Part shown: positions 14,361 to 29,869 of the stretch, one piece after another
Layout: each line of letters opens with the position of its first letter
Position numbering within the stretch: position 1 is the stretch's first letter
Source of the DNA: Octopus vulgaris
Taxonomy: Eukaryota
Length of the DNA: 64,000 bases
Assembly: GCA_951406725.2 (NCBI GenBank)
Contig: OX597820.1
Location: 7,316,001-7,380,000, forward strand
Direction: 5' to 3'
The notes under the pieces: generated by a model
Databases searched by the model: none
Told to the model about the DNA's origin: nothing
Seen by the model: the letters and a program-made list of their open reading frames with translations, nothing else
Position numbers and translations under genes: made by a program

Positions 14361-15003
14361 ACTTATCACTTTATTTTGATAACAATATAATTAATTTATT
14401 AAACTTTGTCTGCTGAAATTCAAAGTCGATTCCTCTGAGGTGGGGGCTGGAACTGGAAGCATTTGTTGAGAGAAGTTTATTAGCAATAGCAAATGAAGCT
14501 TTTAATTATAAATATAACATTATATAGAGCAACGTTAGTTAGTTTCTGTAGAGAAATAGCTATGCTTCTGGCGAGACGTGACTAACATCTTGGGAAAAGC
14601 ATGAATGTCGCATTTACCAAACTCTAAATTCTAGTGAGTTCGTGTTCAATGAAAATCACTCTAATATATTTAATATTGGCTAATGTCAGAACACTTACAA
14701 TTGATAACATCTACTTTAAGACTGGTTTCCTGTCGGTCGTAAAACGATTTTCATAAAATTAAATCTCAAGTTTTACTAAAGTTATTTCTAGTGGAAATGG
14801 ATGTCACTACCTATTAAATCTACTACTACTACTACTACTACCAGTAGTATTAGTAGTAGTTGTAGTAGTAGCGTAACTTATGTTGTTTTTATTGTTGGTG
14901 TGTTCGCGTTGCTGATAATGGGCGCGTTTGCATTATTAGTCAATAACTGAAAACAGTGATAAAAGATATACATATAAAATATGTGTGTAACTGTACAAAT
15001 ACA

Positions 15004-15062
<59 letters not shown>

Positions 15063-15111
15063 GTGTATGTGTATATGTATATATATATATATACATGTAT
15101 ATATATATACA

Positions 15112-15149
<38 letters not shown>

Positions 15150-18100
15150 GTATGTATGTATGTATGTATGTATGTGTGTATGTATGTATGTATGTATGTA
15201 TGTATGTATGTATGTATGTATGTATGTGTGTGTGTATATAAAGTTAGCTAATCGGAAAGAACACATCTCCACGTCTAAGAGCCAACCTCCTCGCGTTTCT
15301 TGTAGCAGCACCAATCATTATCAGGAATTACAGATTATTGTTTTCCTCTAATTTATGACGTGTCTAATGTCATCGCATCATTTTCACGAGATGTTGTTAT
15401 AAATTGAAAGCTGTACGTTGCGTTAACAAAAACGAAAAGCTGTGAAGAAAGAGAGGATATGGCGACGGTAGTGGGGTAAATAATGACGATCGATCTACGC
15501 TGGTAGAAGGGAGACGTGGTGTAGAGGTGATAATGACGATAGATATTACAGCCAATCAGATTACACTAGCATAACTAGCTTTATTTCCTTCGTTTTAGAG
15601 ATTTCTCTCACAACAGTTTCGCTAGTTATCAAAAGACAGATTGGCTAAAATAAGTTCCGGTTGTTGAAAAATCTACAATTAAATCCTTTCATAATCTCCA
15701 TCCTTCTGTTTGATTATCACTTCTCTTTTAATGGTCTTGGAATACCGATAGCTGTTCTCGCTAAATTAGAATTAAGAATTCACCTGGTGATTCGTATAAA
15801 TAGCTAAACAGTCAAAGAGATGTTTTATTTGAAAGTTCCTTCCGTGAGGAATCAGAACTAATGCGACCAAGATGAGGTCGCTCGTTGTTTTTCAATGTCT
15901 ATTTAAGCGGGAGATTAAGTGCTATGCTGGAGTGCGTACTTAAATATACTTTAGACAGTTCCAGTGAAAACAAACAGCGATAAACTGTAAAGATTTCGTC
16001 AGCGATGGAATGGTAGGCTATAGAGATTATTTCAATACATAAATACAAAAGACAAAAAAAAGGGTTTCAATGACATCCGAAATATTTACCAAAATGTTTA
16101 GTGCTAAATGGCAGCCACAAGACAAACGAACCGAAATGTATAAAACTGCGAACACAAAATGGATTACTTTGAGTTTTGGTCGTTGAGTAAACACAGAATG
16201 AGCTTAGGAAAAAAATTACGCCTGAATCCGTTAACTTGAAATCTTTCAAATATGTGAATATTTGTTATGGTTGTTTAGCCTCAGATCAATCCTTTCCGGG
16301 CTGTCCTAGGATTAAAAGCAATCCACCCATGACCCCACTGTTTATTTTCCAGTGTTCCTCCTCTTCTCAGAAGGAAAAACAAAAGCATCGTAATGTGTGA
16401 TTTGACCGAGATTTTACAGCTATTACTAGCAAATTATACAGCTGTGTAGAGTTTCCCGCGTTTGTTCGATGCGTCTGTTTATTATTATTATTGTTGCATG
16501 TGGATAAGTTGAGTATAACTGAAGAAATAGTGACCTTCCAGGCATACACACATTGCATCTTAAAGATTTTTTTTTTCCAAGATTTTACCGAAATTTTGTT
16601 GTTTCCTTATTTATGATGTTATAATATACAATAGAACATATTTGCGGGTTTCCTGGCCAACATTGTGCTATTTCCAATGTTAAGACGTCTCTGTAATTTC
16701 TTTGTGGACACAAGAGGAGGGAACATTTGTAGGAACAAGTTTCAATTCCTTTCAGAATCTTCATCAGCAATTCTGCACTCTTCTTATAAACTCTCTAATA
16801 TCGGGAATTAAAGTAAACTTAATGAGTTAATTTGCATATTTAACATTTTCATAGCAGTTTTCTATGCTAGTGTCTTAACAATGTTTCGTGTCATTGCTGG
16901 TCGGGACTGCTTTGGGAGACATTTGGTTGCAATTTTGACCAGATCAATCGAATGCGTAGAGGTTCCCTCGAAGAATTGTCACACGTACATCATTTACTAT
17001 GATTGTTGTTACCCTGAGATCTATTGTCTGTAATCAAATTCATTCCAAGCGTGACCATCACTTTTCTTAGGTTTAGTATATCTTAGACTACGTTATTCAC
17101 TGTTTTTTTATGAACGATGGTAGGCTGTAATTTGTAGGAAATGTAGCTGTTCGTTTTAGCAGCACAAGGACCGACCATATATTGAAACCCTGTCGTTGGT
17201 AGGATCGGTCAGTGATGTCACTATTTTAGCCCAATTCAAGCCTATTAAATCAGTCAATCGACAAATGACATGTGATCCTCGACCAAACTACCATATTAAT
17301 GGCATGTTACCCATCAATATCTAACATGCATTTATTTACGACTCTTCGTGGTGATTCGAGGATTATTTCTTTGTAATTTCTAGCATCTTGAGAGACCCCC
17401 GGGAAAGCTCTGTTGTTAATTTGTCCTGTTAACGTTCTGTTTTCCTCGTACAATTATATTCGTGGGGAAAATGACGTCCTCCAAAAACCTATCATGTTTG
17501 CATTTTAACACCGAACGGAAAATGGCTCAAAATGCTGTCCCCTGACACAGAAGGAAAAATGCGTTAAGATAACGAACGGTAAGTAATTTGACATATACAA
17601 AGGTCAACGTGTGAATAAGGTCAACGGATATCCGTAATAAGAAATATCAAAGATCTCTTTTTAGGTGTCATCTGTTGAATGCAGCCCTCCCCTGCTTTTA
17701 ACTATACTCTTGTTCTTGAATGATATAACTGAATATTTTAAGTGAACATTTGTCTGGTTCGACCTATTCTACATTTAATGTGTGTGGTTGTGACTGTGGT
17801 TGCGGTTCATTTCTTGGAACTTACCGAACATTCGAGTCTGGTTTTATAGATAAACAGACTTACTCAAAAGATGTCAGGCTACTGTCATATTTGTCAGCTA
17901 TAAGTGTGTGACTTTAATATCAAAGTTAGAGCAGAAATAGAGAGAAAGAGAATCAGAGTGTGTATGAGAGAGACATATATATATATATATAGAGAGAGAG
18001 AGATAAGGAGAGAGAGAGAGAAAGATTAGATGTGAAAACAAACCATAATGCAGCAGTGATGTTATCATTGGAAACATTACCAAGGCGAAATAACAGGAAG

Positions 18101-18473
18101 AGTACACATTCTCTCGAATTTAGTGCAGCATCAAGCTGCATTCGCTCGCACATTTCTGTGCGGTGTGTGTTTGCTTTTAATTTAATTTTTTTCTTGTACA
18201 TATTTTTTGTACCTTTTGAATACTCTGCGTGTGTGTGTGTGTGTGTGACTTTGGTGCGCGCGCGTATGTGTGTGTTTAGAGCTTGTATATTTTGGGTTGT
18301 TTTTTGTTTTTTTTTTTCAACTTTGAAAAGATATTGGAAAATTTCTTTCTAAGAATATAATGTTTTGGCCAAGGTATTGATCTTCAGTCAAAAGACAACC
18401 TTTAAATATGACATTTAATCGATGCAGTTCTATACATGTATAGACAAACACATATTCAACTGTACACATTATC

Positions 18474-18513
<40 letters not shown>

Positions 18514-18588
18514 TATATATATATATATATATATATAGGATAGAGAACCTATGTGAGTAACACATTCATGTACACACACATATATAAA

Positions 18589-18626
<38 letters not shown>

Positions 18627-19238
18627 CACATGAGGTGGGGTATATGAGTATTCGGATGTGTGATTCTGTGATTACATGTGTGTAAGAAATATTCCAAGCT
18701 ATTTTTCATGACATAGAAATCTACGCGAAAATAGATTTTTTTTTCTATATTATTCGTTTCTTTATTTCTTTATTCTTAGTCTCGTTTATGCTGTTTTTGT
18801 TGCAATTCTTGTAATTATTATTGTTATTGCTGCTGTTGCAGCTTTGCTCTGGTTGTTGTTGTTGTTGTTGTTGCCAATGTAGTGGAGAGCAGGAAACCAT
18901 TTCACAGATTTGATATTTAAGCCAGCCTTCCCCGTGCAAGTGAAACAAAAGACCGAACTGATGGCTGTAGAGTAAGTTCACAGGAAACATTAAGGAGTGG
19001 ATCGTAAATGGGTGCTAAGAATAGTTAATTACGGGTGAATCAGCTGACTTACCATTCTGTCAACAGACAGGTGCCTCTTCCTACCTACACACTTACCTAC
19101 CTATAAAGAAACTTTTGAACCAGAATATCTGTGATTTGGCATTTGGTGGATGTATGTGTATGTGTATGTATGCGTTTAGCATTCGTCTAGTGTGTTTGTA
19201 TAATTGCATCTATATGCATGTATCTACCTAAATATACA

Positions 19239-19278
<40 letters not shown>

Positions 19279-19282
19279 GTAA

Positions 19283-19353
<71 letters not shown>

Positions 19354-20288
19354 TATAGATAGATAGATATAGATATATATATGTGTGTGTTTGTATGTAT
19401 GTATATTCATATAGGTAGAGTTGTACATTTGTATAAACGTATGTGTATGTTTGTGTGTTTGCGTATTAGCGCCCAAGAATCTCTCACATGCACAAACACA
19501 TACATACAGCCACATATAAATGCTTGTATAATTGTATGAAACACGACCGATAATGCATTCTTTTATGTTAAGTCACCAATTTAAAACATCTTGATATAAT
19601 TAAATTGTCAAAACTTAATGTTTGTCATCCAAAGGATTTTTTTTTCTTCTTGTTAAAGTATCGCCATTCATGTTTTGTGCTAAAATCATGTTATTTATCT
19701 CCTTAGAGTGCATTCATCTGTTTTGGCATTAAAGTACAGTCAGTCATTTGTTTTATGTTAAAGTACACCGATTCTACTCCTTTACGCCCTACAAGGAGAG
19801 GTTTGTAAAAGATTGCCCACAATCTCCATTTCTAGAGGTTTCAGCAAAGGGCTAGTAACTCCGTCTCTCCTATGATGTTACAAGAGATGAAACATTCTCT
19901 CGAAATTCATCGGCGGAGTTCAATGAGTGAGGGTCAACAGATAGTCTTCCATAAAATCAAAACACTGATTCCACTTTGAACCTGTCCATTCCAAGTACAG
20001 GCAGTTAAAGTGAGGAGGCAATTAGATCTGGTCTTTGAATTCTTCATGGTGACTAAATACACCTCAGCAACTACACTATTTTCGACGTAGAATATTTGTT
20101 GCAGGAGCAGAAGCCATAGTGGCTTACACTAACTGTATATATGAACTGGTTTGTTATACGTAATACTGTCGGTATGTAGTGAAATATATCAGTTAAAACA
20201 GAGAAAGATGAAGAGATTGTAACGGCCAGTCTCACAGATACATAAGCAGAGAGACTGACAAGAAGGCAGACGAGCAAACAGACAGAGA

Positions 20289-20408
<120 letters not shown>

Positions 20409-20460
20409 TCTCTGTCTGTTTGCTGTCTGCCTTCTTGTCAGTCTCTCTGCTTATGTATCT

Positions 20461-20526
<66 letters not shown>

Positions 20527-20555
20527 GAAAGACAAACAGATATAATATATGAACA

Positions 20556-20596
<41 letters not shown>

Positions 20597-20641
20597 TCTG
20601 TCTGTTCTGTCGCTTCTGTCAGTCTCTCTGCTTATGTATCT

Positions 20642-20703
<62 letters not shown>

Positions 20704-21048
20704 GAAAGACAAACAGATAGACAGAAAGGCAATCAGACTATGAACATATTTATTCGGAAAAGGTAAGTAAAGTAAGTTCTCCAGTTGGTAAGAATGGCAG
20801 CCTTTATATTACTACATTCCAGTCTGGTCCCTTGATGAAATTATTAAACTACAGTGAGTGACCAACAACTCATCAAGCTAAAAGCACCAAGATTTATGAC
20901 GGTTTCTTTACTTTCTTTGGCTTTTATTTGTTGTTGTTGTTTGACTTTCTCTTATATTTGTTTTTTTGTTTTGCTATACGTTGAAATAGACACACAGAGG
21001 AAATGTACATAAATATATCTATTTACCTAATATTGGCATATATATATA

Positions 21049-21124
<76 letters not shown>

Positions 21125-21443
21125 GAGAGATAGAGAGATAGATAGAGAGATAGATAGAGAGATAGAGAGATGTACATATATATGCATATATGCATATAGA
21201 TATGTTAACGTATATTTATATATACGCATACATATATGCATATATATATATATATATACATGTTTGTGTATGTATGTATGTATGTATGTATTATACAAGT
21301 ATGTATATCCGTACTTAGAGAGACATACTCACTTATAGTGATTACATTTAGGTATGTATACACAAGACTGTGGTTGGGCATTGCTCGTAGATGTACATGC
21401 GAATTACATGTACTTGAAAACATATGTCCTTCTGGCTATCATC

Positions 21444-21496
<53 letters not shown>

Positions 21497-21499
21497 ATA

Positions 21500-21544
<45 letters not shown>

Positions 21545-21740
21545 GTATATGTATATATATATATGTGTGTGTGTGTGTGTTTGTGTATCAACATTTCTAA
21601 AAGTATATAAAATACATATATATATATAAATATATATGTGTCTGCATATATATATATAAATATTTAAAAACATATATATATATATACATATTCACATACA
21701 AACATATATATATGTATATAAACATATATATATATATATA

Positions 21741-21783
<43 letters not shown>

Positions 21784-21864
21784 ACATACGTTTATATTTT
21801 TATAGATGATACGTGTATATCACATGTATATGTATGTGTATCTAAGCGCGTGTATGTTTATACT

Positions 21865-22260
21865 GGCAGATAGAGCTTGACGTTTCAAAATTTCATTTCG
21901 TAATCTAATGATTTCGGGTACAATTCCCGTGCGCAACATTTTGGTCAGACCAACTGCTTCTCTGTAAATAGAATTTGGAGACGGAAACTCGGCAGAAGAG
22001 TGTCGTGTACTCAGACGCTCCTCTGCAAATATGTGTTGATACTGGTGAGTGTAATCATGAATGCGTCTCCTCCTTGCCTCTCGCGTTTTACAACCAATCT
22101 GGTTTTATTTACATTGCTATAATTTAGCATCAGGACATCGAAAGAAAATTTACCAGCCACGAAAATAAATTGGATGAATTACATTTACTAAATACGTTAT
22201 GGTGTTGCCCCAGCTAGGCCATTATCAACAAGTGGGTCAATGAACACACTCAAATGATAA
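21865..22260 (+). mobile_element. Old degenerate SINE (family of 57953-58330)
   Basis: gaatttggagacggaaact and tail ggtgttgccccagctaggcc. Confidence 0.5.
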
Positions 22261-22522
22261 AATAATTCACATAATCACATATAAAGATATATATATACGT
22301 ATATGAAGTACGGATGGCAAATTAATTTATTTCTTCGTTAATACAGAAACTCGAGTTTGGGGTTAACTATGAATAATTTTTGTTTTCATTCACTCTGGAA
22401 TTACTTTTTATCATGATCTGGGTTTGACTGCCCTTTCTAGCATGTGAAGCCTCCTGTCAAGGGTTACCTCTGCGTGTATGAATCCTTATTCACTCTTATA
22501 TAGGATTATGCATATACATACA

Positions 22523-22593
<71 letters not shown>

Positions 22594-22620
22594 AGATCTA
22601 AATAACAAATTGACCTCAAT

Positions 22621-22990
22621 GATAAAATATACAGACCGAGAGTAAACATACTACTATCATGTTCTTAAGAATGAAATCAACCTCTCTGTCTATATATCTA
22701 CCCTCTTTATAATGTTGGCAAATGAAATAGAGATAAGAATGTGCATTGTCTGTTTGGTTGGAAAATTCTATATGTGACTGAAGATTGCTCGACATTTTAA
22801 AACTGATGTAATACTTACAGTGTTTAATAAAATGAAGTAGCATGAAACAATTGTACTACTCTACCTTGGATATCCTTGTTGCTTATTTTGATTATAATCA
22901 CCCCATTTGATTTATATGGATAATACCATACAAAATTCAGGTGCCTTAAACTTAAGTACCATATTCATCTGAATCTAAACTTTGCTGAAC
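22621..22990 (+). mobile_element. PLE-type repeat (family of 6211-6771) with hammerhead motif at 22772-22860
   Basis: CTGAAGA-ttgctc..gtagcat-GAAA-caattg-TA with degenerate stem I. Downstream ttggatatccttgttgct..aagtaccatattca is shared with 6646-6750. Confidence 0.75.
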
Positions 22991-23074
22991 GTATATATAT
23001 ATATATATATATATATATAAGACCAAAAAGGGTACGGGCGTCGCTATATATATATATGTATATGTAAAAAAATA

Positions 23075-23226
23075 TAACTGGGACAAGAACGCAAAACATT
23101 TAGAAGACGATACAAAAAACACGGACGGGACATTCGAAGCCTTCAATCTTCAGTCAAGAACCGGATCATCCTCGCAATTTCGGCTGATTAATCTTGAGAT
23201 TGCTCCGACCTGGCCAGCCCCAAAGG
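23075..23226. repeat. Dispersed TA-embedded repeat (same family as 57172-57323)
   Basis: gggacaagaacgcaaaacat..gacgatacaaaaaacacggacggg..attcgaagcctt.aatcttcagtcaagaaccggatc occurs at both sites. Confidence 0.8.
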
Positions 23227-23284
23227 ATATATATATAGTGAAGAATGGAAATGTGTATACATGTGGGATAGGTATTGCAAAATA

Positions 23285-23852
23285 AAACCTTCTCTTTAGC
23301 TCTTGCTATCGTAGACACACGAATACCAACATCCTCTTCAACCTTGCAAGAAGAATCTGCTCCATTGCCTCAGAGAAAAAAAAAACTAGAGAATTAAGAC
23401 TACAGGAACTGAAAAACGTCCTCCTGGGTAGACACTACCCAATCCAACTCGTTAATGAAGGAATGAAACGTGGCAAATCTACCAACACCGAGACATTAAG
23501 AAAAAGCAAAGACATGAAGAAACCTCTCCTTAAAACACTACCCTACATTTCCACATACAACCCCAGAAACAAAGAAGCATTCACCACAATCATACAAACC
23601 CTGCAAATACTACACAAAGACCCAAAACTAAAAAGAATCTTACGTGACATTAAAACTGTCAAAAGCAACAAACACCCGAAGTCATTAAAGAAACTGCTAA
23701 TTAATGCAAAATTATTCCCCTCCACAACCAGTCCCAAATGTAACCGCCCCAACTGCGGTACATGCTCCAGTCTTTTGGGAGGGACAGAATACTATTTTAA
23801 ACAAGGGCAACACTTTACAATTAAATCAAATTTCACTTGCGATTTATTTTGA
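23285..23852 (+). pseudogene. Penelope-like element RT thumb/linker fragment
   Basis: FSSC..NLARRICSI..LKNVLLGRHYP..LPYISTYNP..PKSLKKLL..KCNRPNCGTC..FTIKSNFTC is the PLE thumb plus Cys linker that precedes GIY-YIG. Frameshifted. Confidence 0.82.
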
Positions 23853-24050
23853 AATGATGTAATGATGTAATGTGTTCCTAACATCACCATAAATTTTATT
23901 ATACAAACTTTCTGTGACTCTTACACGTCTTTTCTTTCAAACTCATATCAAAGAACTCCCCTGGTCCCCCTTAGTCATTCCAGTCGCTTTCCGTTTAACC
24001 AGTCACGGCCGATTGCTGTTTATATTAAGTCTGCGACCTGTCATTTTCAC

Positions 24051-24092
24051 TCACAGCTGACGAAGAAAATAGTCACAGAAGCATCTACGTGA
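24051..24092 (+). ncRNA. Degenerate hammerhead motif downstream of the PLE fragment
   Basis: tcacag-CTGACGA-agaaaatagtcaca-GAAG-catc-TA-cgtga. GAAA and stems II/III are mutated. Confidence 0.4.
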
Positions 24093-24591
24093 CCTCAAGA
24101 TTTACCGTAATGTAAATACGCGAATGTATTGTTCCTTATTTGAAATTAATTCTTTTAGTTTATTTCTTATGTCCAACTTATTCGTTAATTTAATTTTACA
24201 AACATGATATACGGTCAATCTACTTATACCCGCTTCTATAGCCTCTACTCTGCCCGGGTACTATTATATTTATATAGGAACAAGTAATGAATAGTAGGAA
24301 AGACAGGTTTTGTAATGACACTTCCGGGATACTTATATACATGTATAAACACCCTATACGTTGGTGTGCGCATGTGCGTGTCTGTGTTCCAATATAAAAA
24401 TAAACAAGTCCCGCGATCGATTTCTACGAATAAAAAATCCTTTAAGGCGGTGCTCCAGTATGGCCATATTCATACGAATTAAGTAAAATACTCAAAGAAT
24501 AAAGGAATGCATATATTTGTATATATATATATAAATGTATATATATATATATATATATATGCGTGTGTGTGTATATGTGTATTTACATATA

Positions 24592-24678
<87 letters not shown>

Positions 24679-25323
24679 GTAAATACACATACACACACAC
24701 ATTTGCTGAAGTGTTAAGTTACCTGTTGTCAAGCAGTGATGGATGGAGCGACAAACACATGCACGGTGACACAAACACATACACACACATTCACACACAC
24801 ATTCACACACATACAAACACGGCTAGTTTTGCGAGGGGCAACAGGAAAAGGAGGCCAAGAGGGGGCGATGAGAATTCTCCAATAGAATTACAATTTCCGA
24901 TGGAAAAGAGGTACGAGAGCAATCCTACGATGTGTGTGTGTGTGTGTGTGTGTGCGTGCGTGTGTGAGTGTGTATGCGTGTGTGTGTATGTGTGTGTGTG
25001 TGTGTGTGTGTACATATATTTGTATATTTTTATATATGTATCTATAAATTTATATTTATATGCATTTGTAAGTACTTATATATCTGTCTATCTATTTATC
25101 TATCTGTCTGTCATTCTGATGGAATCTTCCATACATTAACATGGAGCTCCTTGCCAGAATGTACACTTTCATTTAATCAAGATATTCTTGAACTGATGAG
25201 TAGCCTACGGTATAAACCTCGCTTGGACATTCACCACTTCCGAGGTTCCGTTCGCCATGGAACATGTGTTCTCAGGATCTGTTCCACTCCGTTCCTTAAC
25301 CCTGCTATATATATATATATATA

Positions 25324-25534
25324 GATCGCCATGTTGATTCGTTAGCTACTGCACGCATTTTTTTCTCTCCTTCTTTCTGTGTTTTTCTCTCTCTGTGTAT
25401 CTTTCTGTTGAAGAGCGTAGGCTCGAAACGTAAAAGACTTGTTTTATTTATATTTCCTGAGCGCCATACTAATACAATTGTTCGTTTGTTTTCCACCTGC
25501 CTTCGTCTTTTGTTTATTTTCATAAAGCTTCCCG

Positions 25535-25535
<1 letters not shown>
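25324..25535 (+). mobile_element. Solo PLE-type terminal repeat between TA tracts
   Basis: Homologous to 52120-52290 (minus) and related to 34785-34985; contains an HHR-like motif. Confidence 0.75.
25400..25437 (+). ncRNA. Ultra-minimal hammerhead-like motif with CTGTTGA core
   Basis: tcttt-CTGTTGA-a-gagc-gtag-gctc-GAAA-cg-TA-aaaga. Confidence 0.6.
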
Positions 25536-25633
<98 letters not shown>

Positions 25634-25954
25634 TCCCATACATTTTGAGATCATAAATTCACAGAAACATAATTCCTTTCTTCAAAGGTGCTTTGTTTAA
25701 CATTTTCCCAAAACAAATCAAACAACAACTTAGATCCCATCTCCTTCAAACAAAAACCAGACTAATTTCTGCAAGGGATAACAGCTAAGCCACGTAAACC
25801 TAGATTCAACTCCTTAATTGAATGGGCCATCATCTATGAGGTGATGTCTTTCAGTTAGACAAACCCTGGGTCAATCTTCGGTCGATACGCATCTACGTTA
25901 TCTAAGCTATATGCATACATGTGTATATGAACATACGTACATACACACACACAC

Positions 25955-26016
<62 letters not shown>

Positions 26017-26315
26017 GTGTATGTGTGTGTATTTCTGAGTGAGTGTGTGTGTGTGTGTTTGTACACTCACATATTTAAAGGCGTGAATGCGGGTCTTACA
26101 TTTCCGTGGTCTTGTGATGCAATTCTATACAATTTACTACGATGTAATCAAATATTATTATAAACCTGACAATATGGCAAATAATAAATAATGACGTTAT
26201 CGTATTCTAATGACATAACGCGCAAGAGAACGCCTTGCCGGAAGTATGATATTGCAGGAAGATGAGACGATTATACATAAACAAATACATGCCATGCATA
26301 TATGTAAATAAATAA

Positions 26316-26413
<98 letters not shown>

Positions 26414-27290
26414 GTATATGTACATATACATACATACAAATATATATATCTGCATATATATATATCATTATGCATATATACATGTATAAGTGCGTCTGTG
26501 TGTGTGTGTGTAAATATGACGAGATTCAAATTTATAATGTTTTAATTATTTTAATTAATTTCTAAAGTTTGAATCGAAGCAACTGTCAGAGATTACGTCT
26601 ATTTTTGTAATTAATAAATAAATATTAATTGATTTATCTCTATTTGCTTTTTTTCTTTCATACACGCAGACACACACACACACATACACACATATATATA
26701 TATATATATATATGTATGCATGTATGTATGTATGTATGTATGTATGTATGTATGTATGTATGTATGTATGTATGCATGTATGTATGTATGTATGTATGTA
26801 TATATGTATGTATACGCGTGTGTGTGTACGTAGTATATAGACAGAGAGGCTGATAGAGAGAGAGAGAGAGAAAATAGTTCAGTCTGACGAAGGTTATCAG
26901 GGCAAAACTTCGAGTTCACTGTCATCCTTTGTAAATATTTGATAAAGATATATGCTTCTAAGAAACTTAGTATAAGTCTCAGGTTCAATCATTTTTCTAT
27001 GTGATTTCACATAAAAAAAAAAAACATTAATATAAACAGATACATCGTTATGCACACAAGCACATAACAACACACACGCACGCACGCACGCACGCAAAAA
27101 ATAGAGGATGAGAGTGAGGGAGAGAGAGACAGAGAGAATTGTAAATAGAGATGCTACAGTGAGTGCGAAACAGATTGTGTTGTATACATACACACATATA
27201 TAAATATACATACATGCATGCATACATACACACATACACACATACAAATGCATACACATATATATATATATGTATGTATATATATGTAAA

Positions 27291-27349
<59 letters not shown>

Positions 27350-27489
27350 TAACACTCTCAAATGTCTGTTTGTATACAAATATACAGAGACAGACAGATA
27401 GACAGATAGATAGATAGATAGATAGATATATATATATAGATAGATAGATAGATATTAGGCGGGACGAGTATGTGTATATGTATATGTAC

Positions 27490-27541
<52 letters not shown>

Positions 27542-27580
27542 ATTTATTTTCATTTGTTAGCGTGTGTGTGTGTGAGTTCG

Positions 27581-27623
<43 letters not shown>

Positions 27624-28231
27624 TATATATACACACACACATATATATATATACACATACACATATATATATAATATATATTATATATGCAAACATACAT
27701 ATATACATATCTATATATATATATATGTATTATATATACATATAAATATGTGTGTGTGTATGTATTATATATATGTGTGTGTGTGTGTTATAGTACGCAA
27801 GAATGGCATTGAATGAATGCTGGACACCGCATTTGCTTGCTATCTCTTTCTCTCTCTCTCTCTTTCTTTTTCTCTATGTACACACTCACCAACACCTACA
27901 GACGCCACACATACACACCCACACAGGCACACAGTATCACACACACACACACACACATATGTATTATGCATGTGTGCATGTGTGCAGAGTCCGTGTGTGT
28001 GCTCATATTTATTGTAGTCTGTCAGTGTAATGTGTTGTGAGTTTCTCTCTTGCAAAGTCAAACAGTTTAATAAATAAGGTTTAATTAGATCAGTACGATA
28101 TTGTGATTAACATGGATGATTACAGACCCAAAACAATATCGCCCCAGCCTGGCCGCACACCATTGTCGAAAACCCAGTGAAGTGACACAAGTGAGTGCAT
28201 GTATATGTGTATAAATGTGTGTATATATATG

Positions 28232-28281
<50 letters not shown>

Positions 28282-29800
28282 TAGATATTTATGTATGTGT
28301 GTATGTTTCTATGTAATGTATATGAATGCATGTAATATATTTTTGCATATATATATTTATACATATAGAAGATAGATAATAAACACACAAGTATGTATAT
28401 ATGTATGTTTAGCTGTATATGTATTAATATATTATGTATGTATGTATGTATGTATGTATGAATGTATGTATATATGTGTGTGTGTATGTTTGTATGTATG
28501 TATGTATGTATGTATGAATGTATGTATGTATGTATATATGTATGTATGTATGTATGTATATATGTGTGTGTGTATGTTTGTATGTATATACGAAATTCTT
28601 ACCCCATTGCTTTATATGCGCAGTATCTTCAAAACGAAACAAGACTGGAATTGGTAAAATGCTGCAATTTCAGTAACTGACCATTCCTTCGGCACCGTCC
28701 ACCGCTATACTAACTCACTTGTCACTTCCAGAGAGTTAGAAACCCTGGAGGTAACTTATCTTTTGGGATACATCCAAACCAAGCTACGAGAAATTCTCTT
28801 CTAAACTGACTTTAATCTAGCAAAGACGAAAATCATTGTCTCGAAAGCTTTTTCTGTCGATATTCTTGTTGACACTGAAGTTGTTGTTGTTTCACTCTTT
28901 TGTTATTGTTTAGAAATGATATATTTCTTTACTTGAAAACTGTTTCTTGTGTTTTCTTTGTTTTCTAGTTTTTGTGTGCGTTTATTTGAATCTCATGTTT
29001 CGGTTTATTGACTGTTTCCTGGCATATCTAACAATGTCCCCTGCAGGAGATTCATTGTGAGATATCTACAATTGTTGTGAGGTAACTCTGTGTGTGTGTG
29101 TGTATGTGACATTGCCGCAAATTAAGATGACTTTCAACAGAATATTTAAGATCCACTGAAGATAACTTCACGAAGGTATCCCTCACCTATTTTTAAATTT
29201 CTGCTTAAGAGATAGCAACCACTCAATCATATCACGCATTTCTATGTTGCTGAAGGTTCTATCACACCCAATTACCACGTTTTAAATGCTGGACTAAACC
29301 TTGAACTTTGTATTTTACATTCTCAAAGCAAGGGGCTAAATATAACAATAACTAAAACTGGTGACTTATCCGCAGATCAAAAATCTTCTCCTAAATACAA
29401 TGTTTTTGTGAACTCTAAGAAAACAATCGCGTGACCTGAAGCTGATACTCCTAAATATACACATCCATTTATAGGTATGAATAAAAAGATAACCATGTCC
29501 AAATTGCCATTTCAACAGCGACTATATAAAGATAAGATTAGCTCAAAATCACTGCAGTCCGATGATGGCCTATCTAGCCGAAATTTCGAAGTCAGTGTGA
29601 ATTCTATTCTTGTTAAAGAATAATAAATTGTACTCAACAGATGTATGGAGTAATCCTCCAGATTAATATAAACTGTATTTATTATAGATGAACATAAAAG
29701 CAAACATTACTATATACAAACATACATACATACAGGCACACATATATGTACATATATGTAAACACACATATAAGTATGTATATTTATGTATATATATATG

Positions 29801-29869
<69 letters not shown>

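Noticed and set aside
20161-20182. miR-8/200-like seed taatactgtc
   Set aside because: The rest of the mature sequence does not match and no precursor hairpin is evident.
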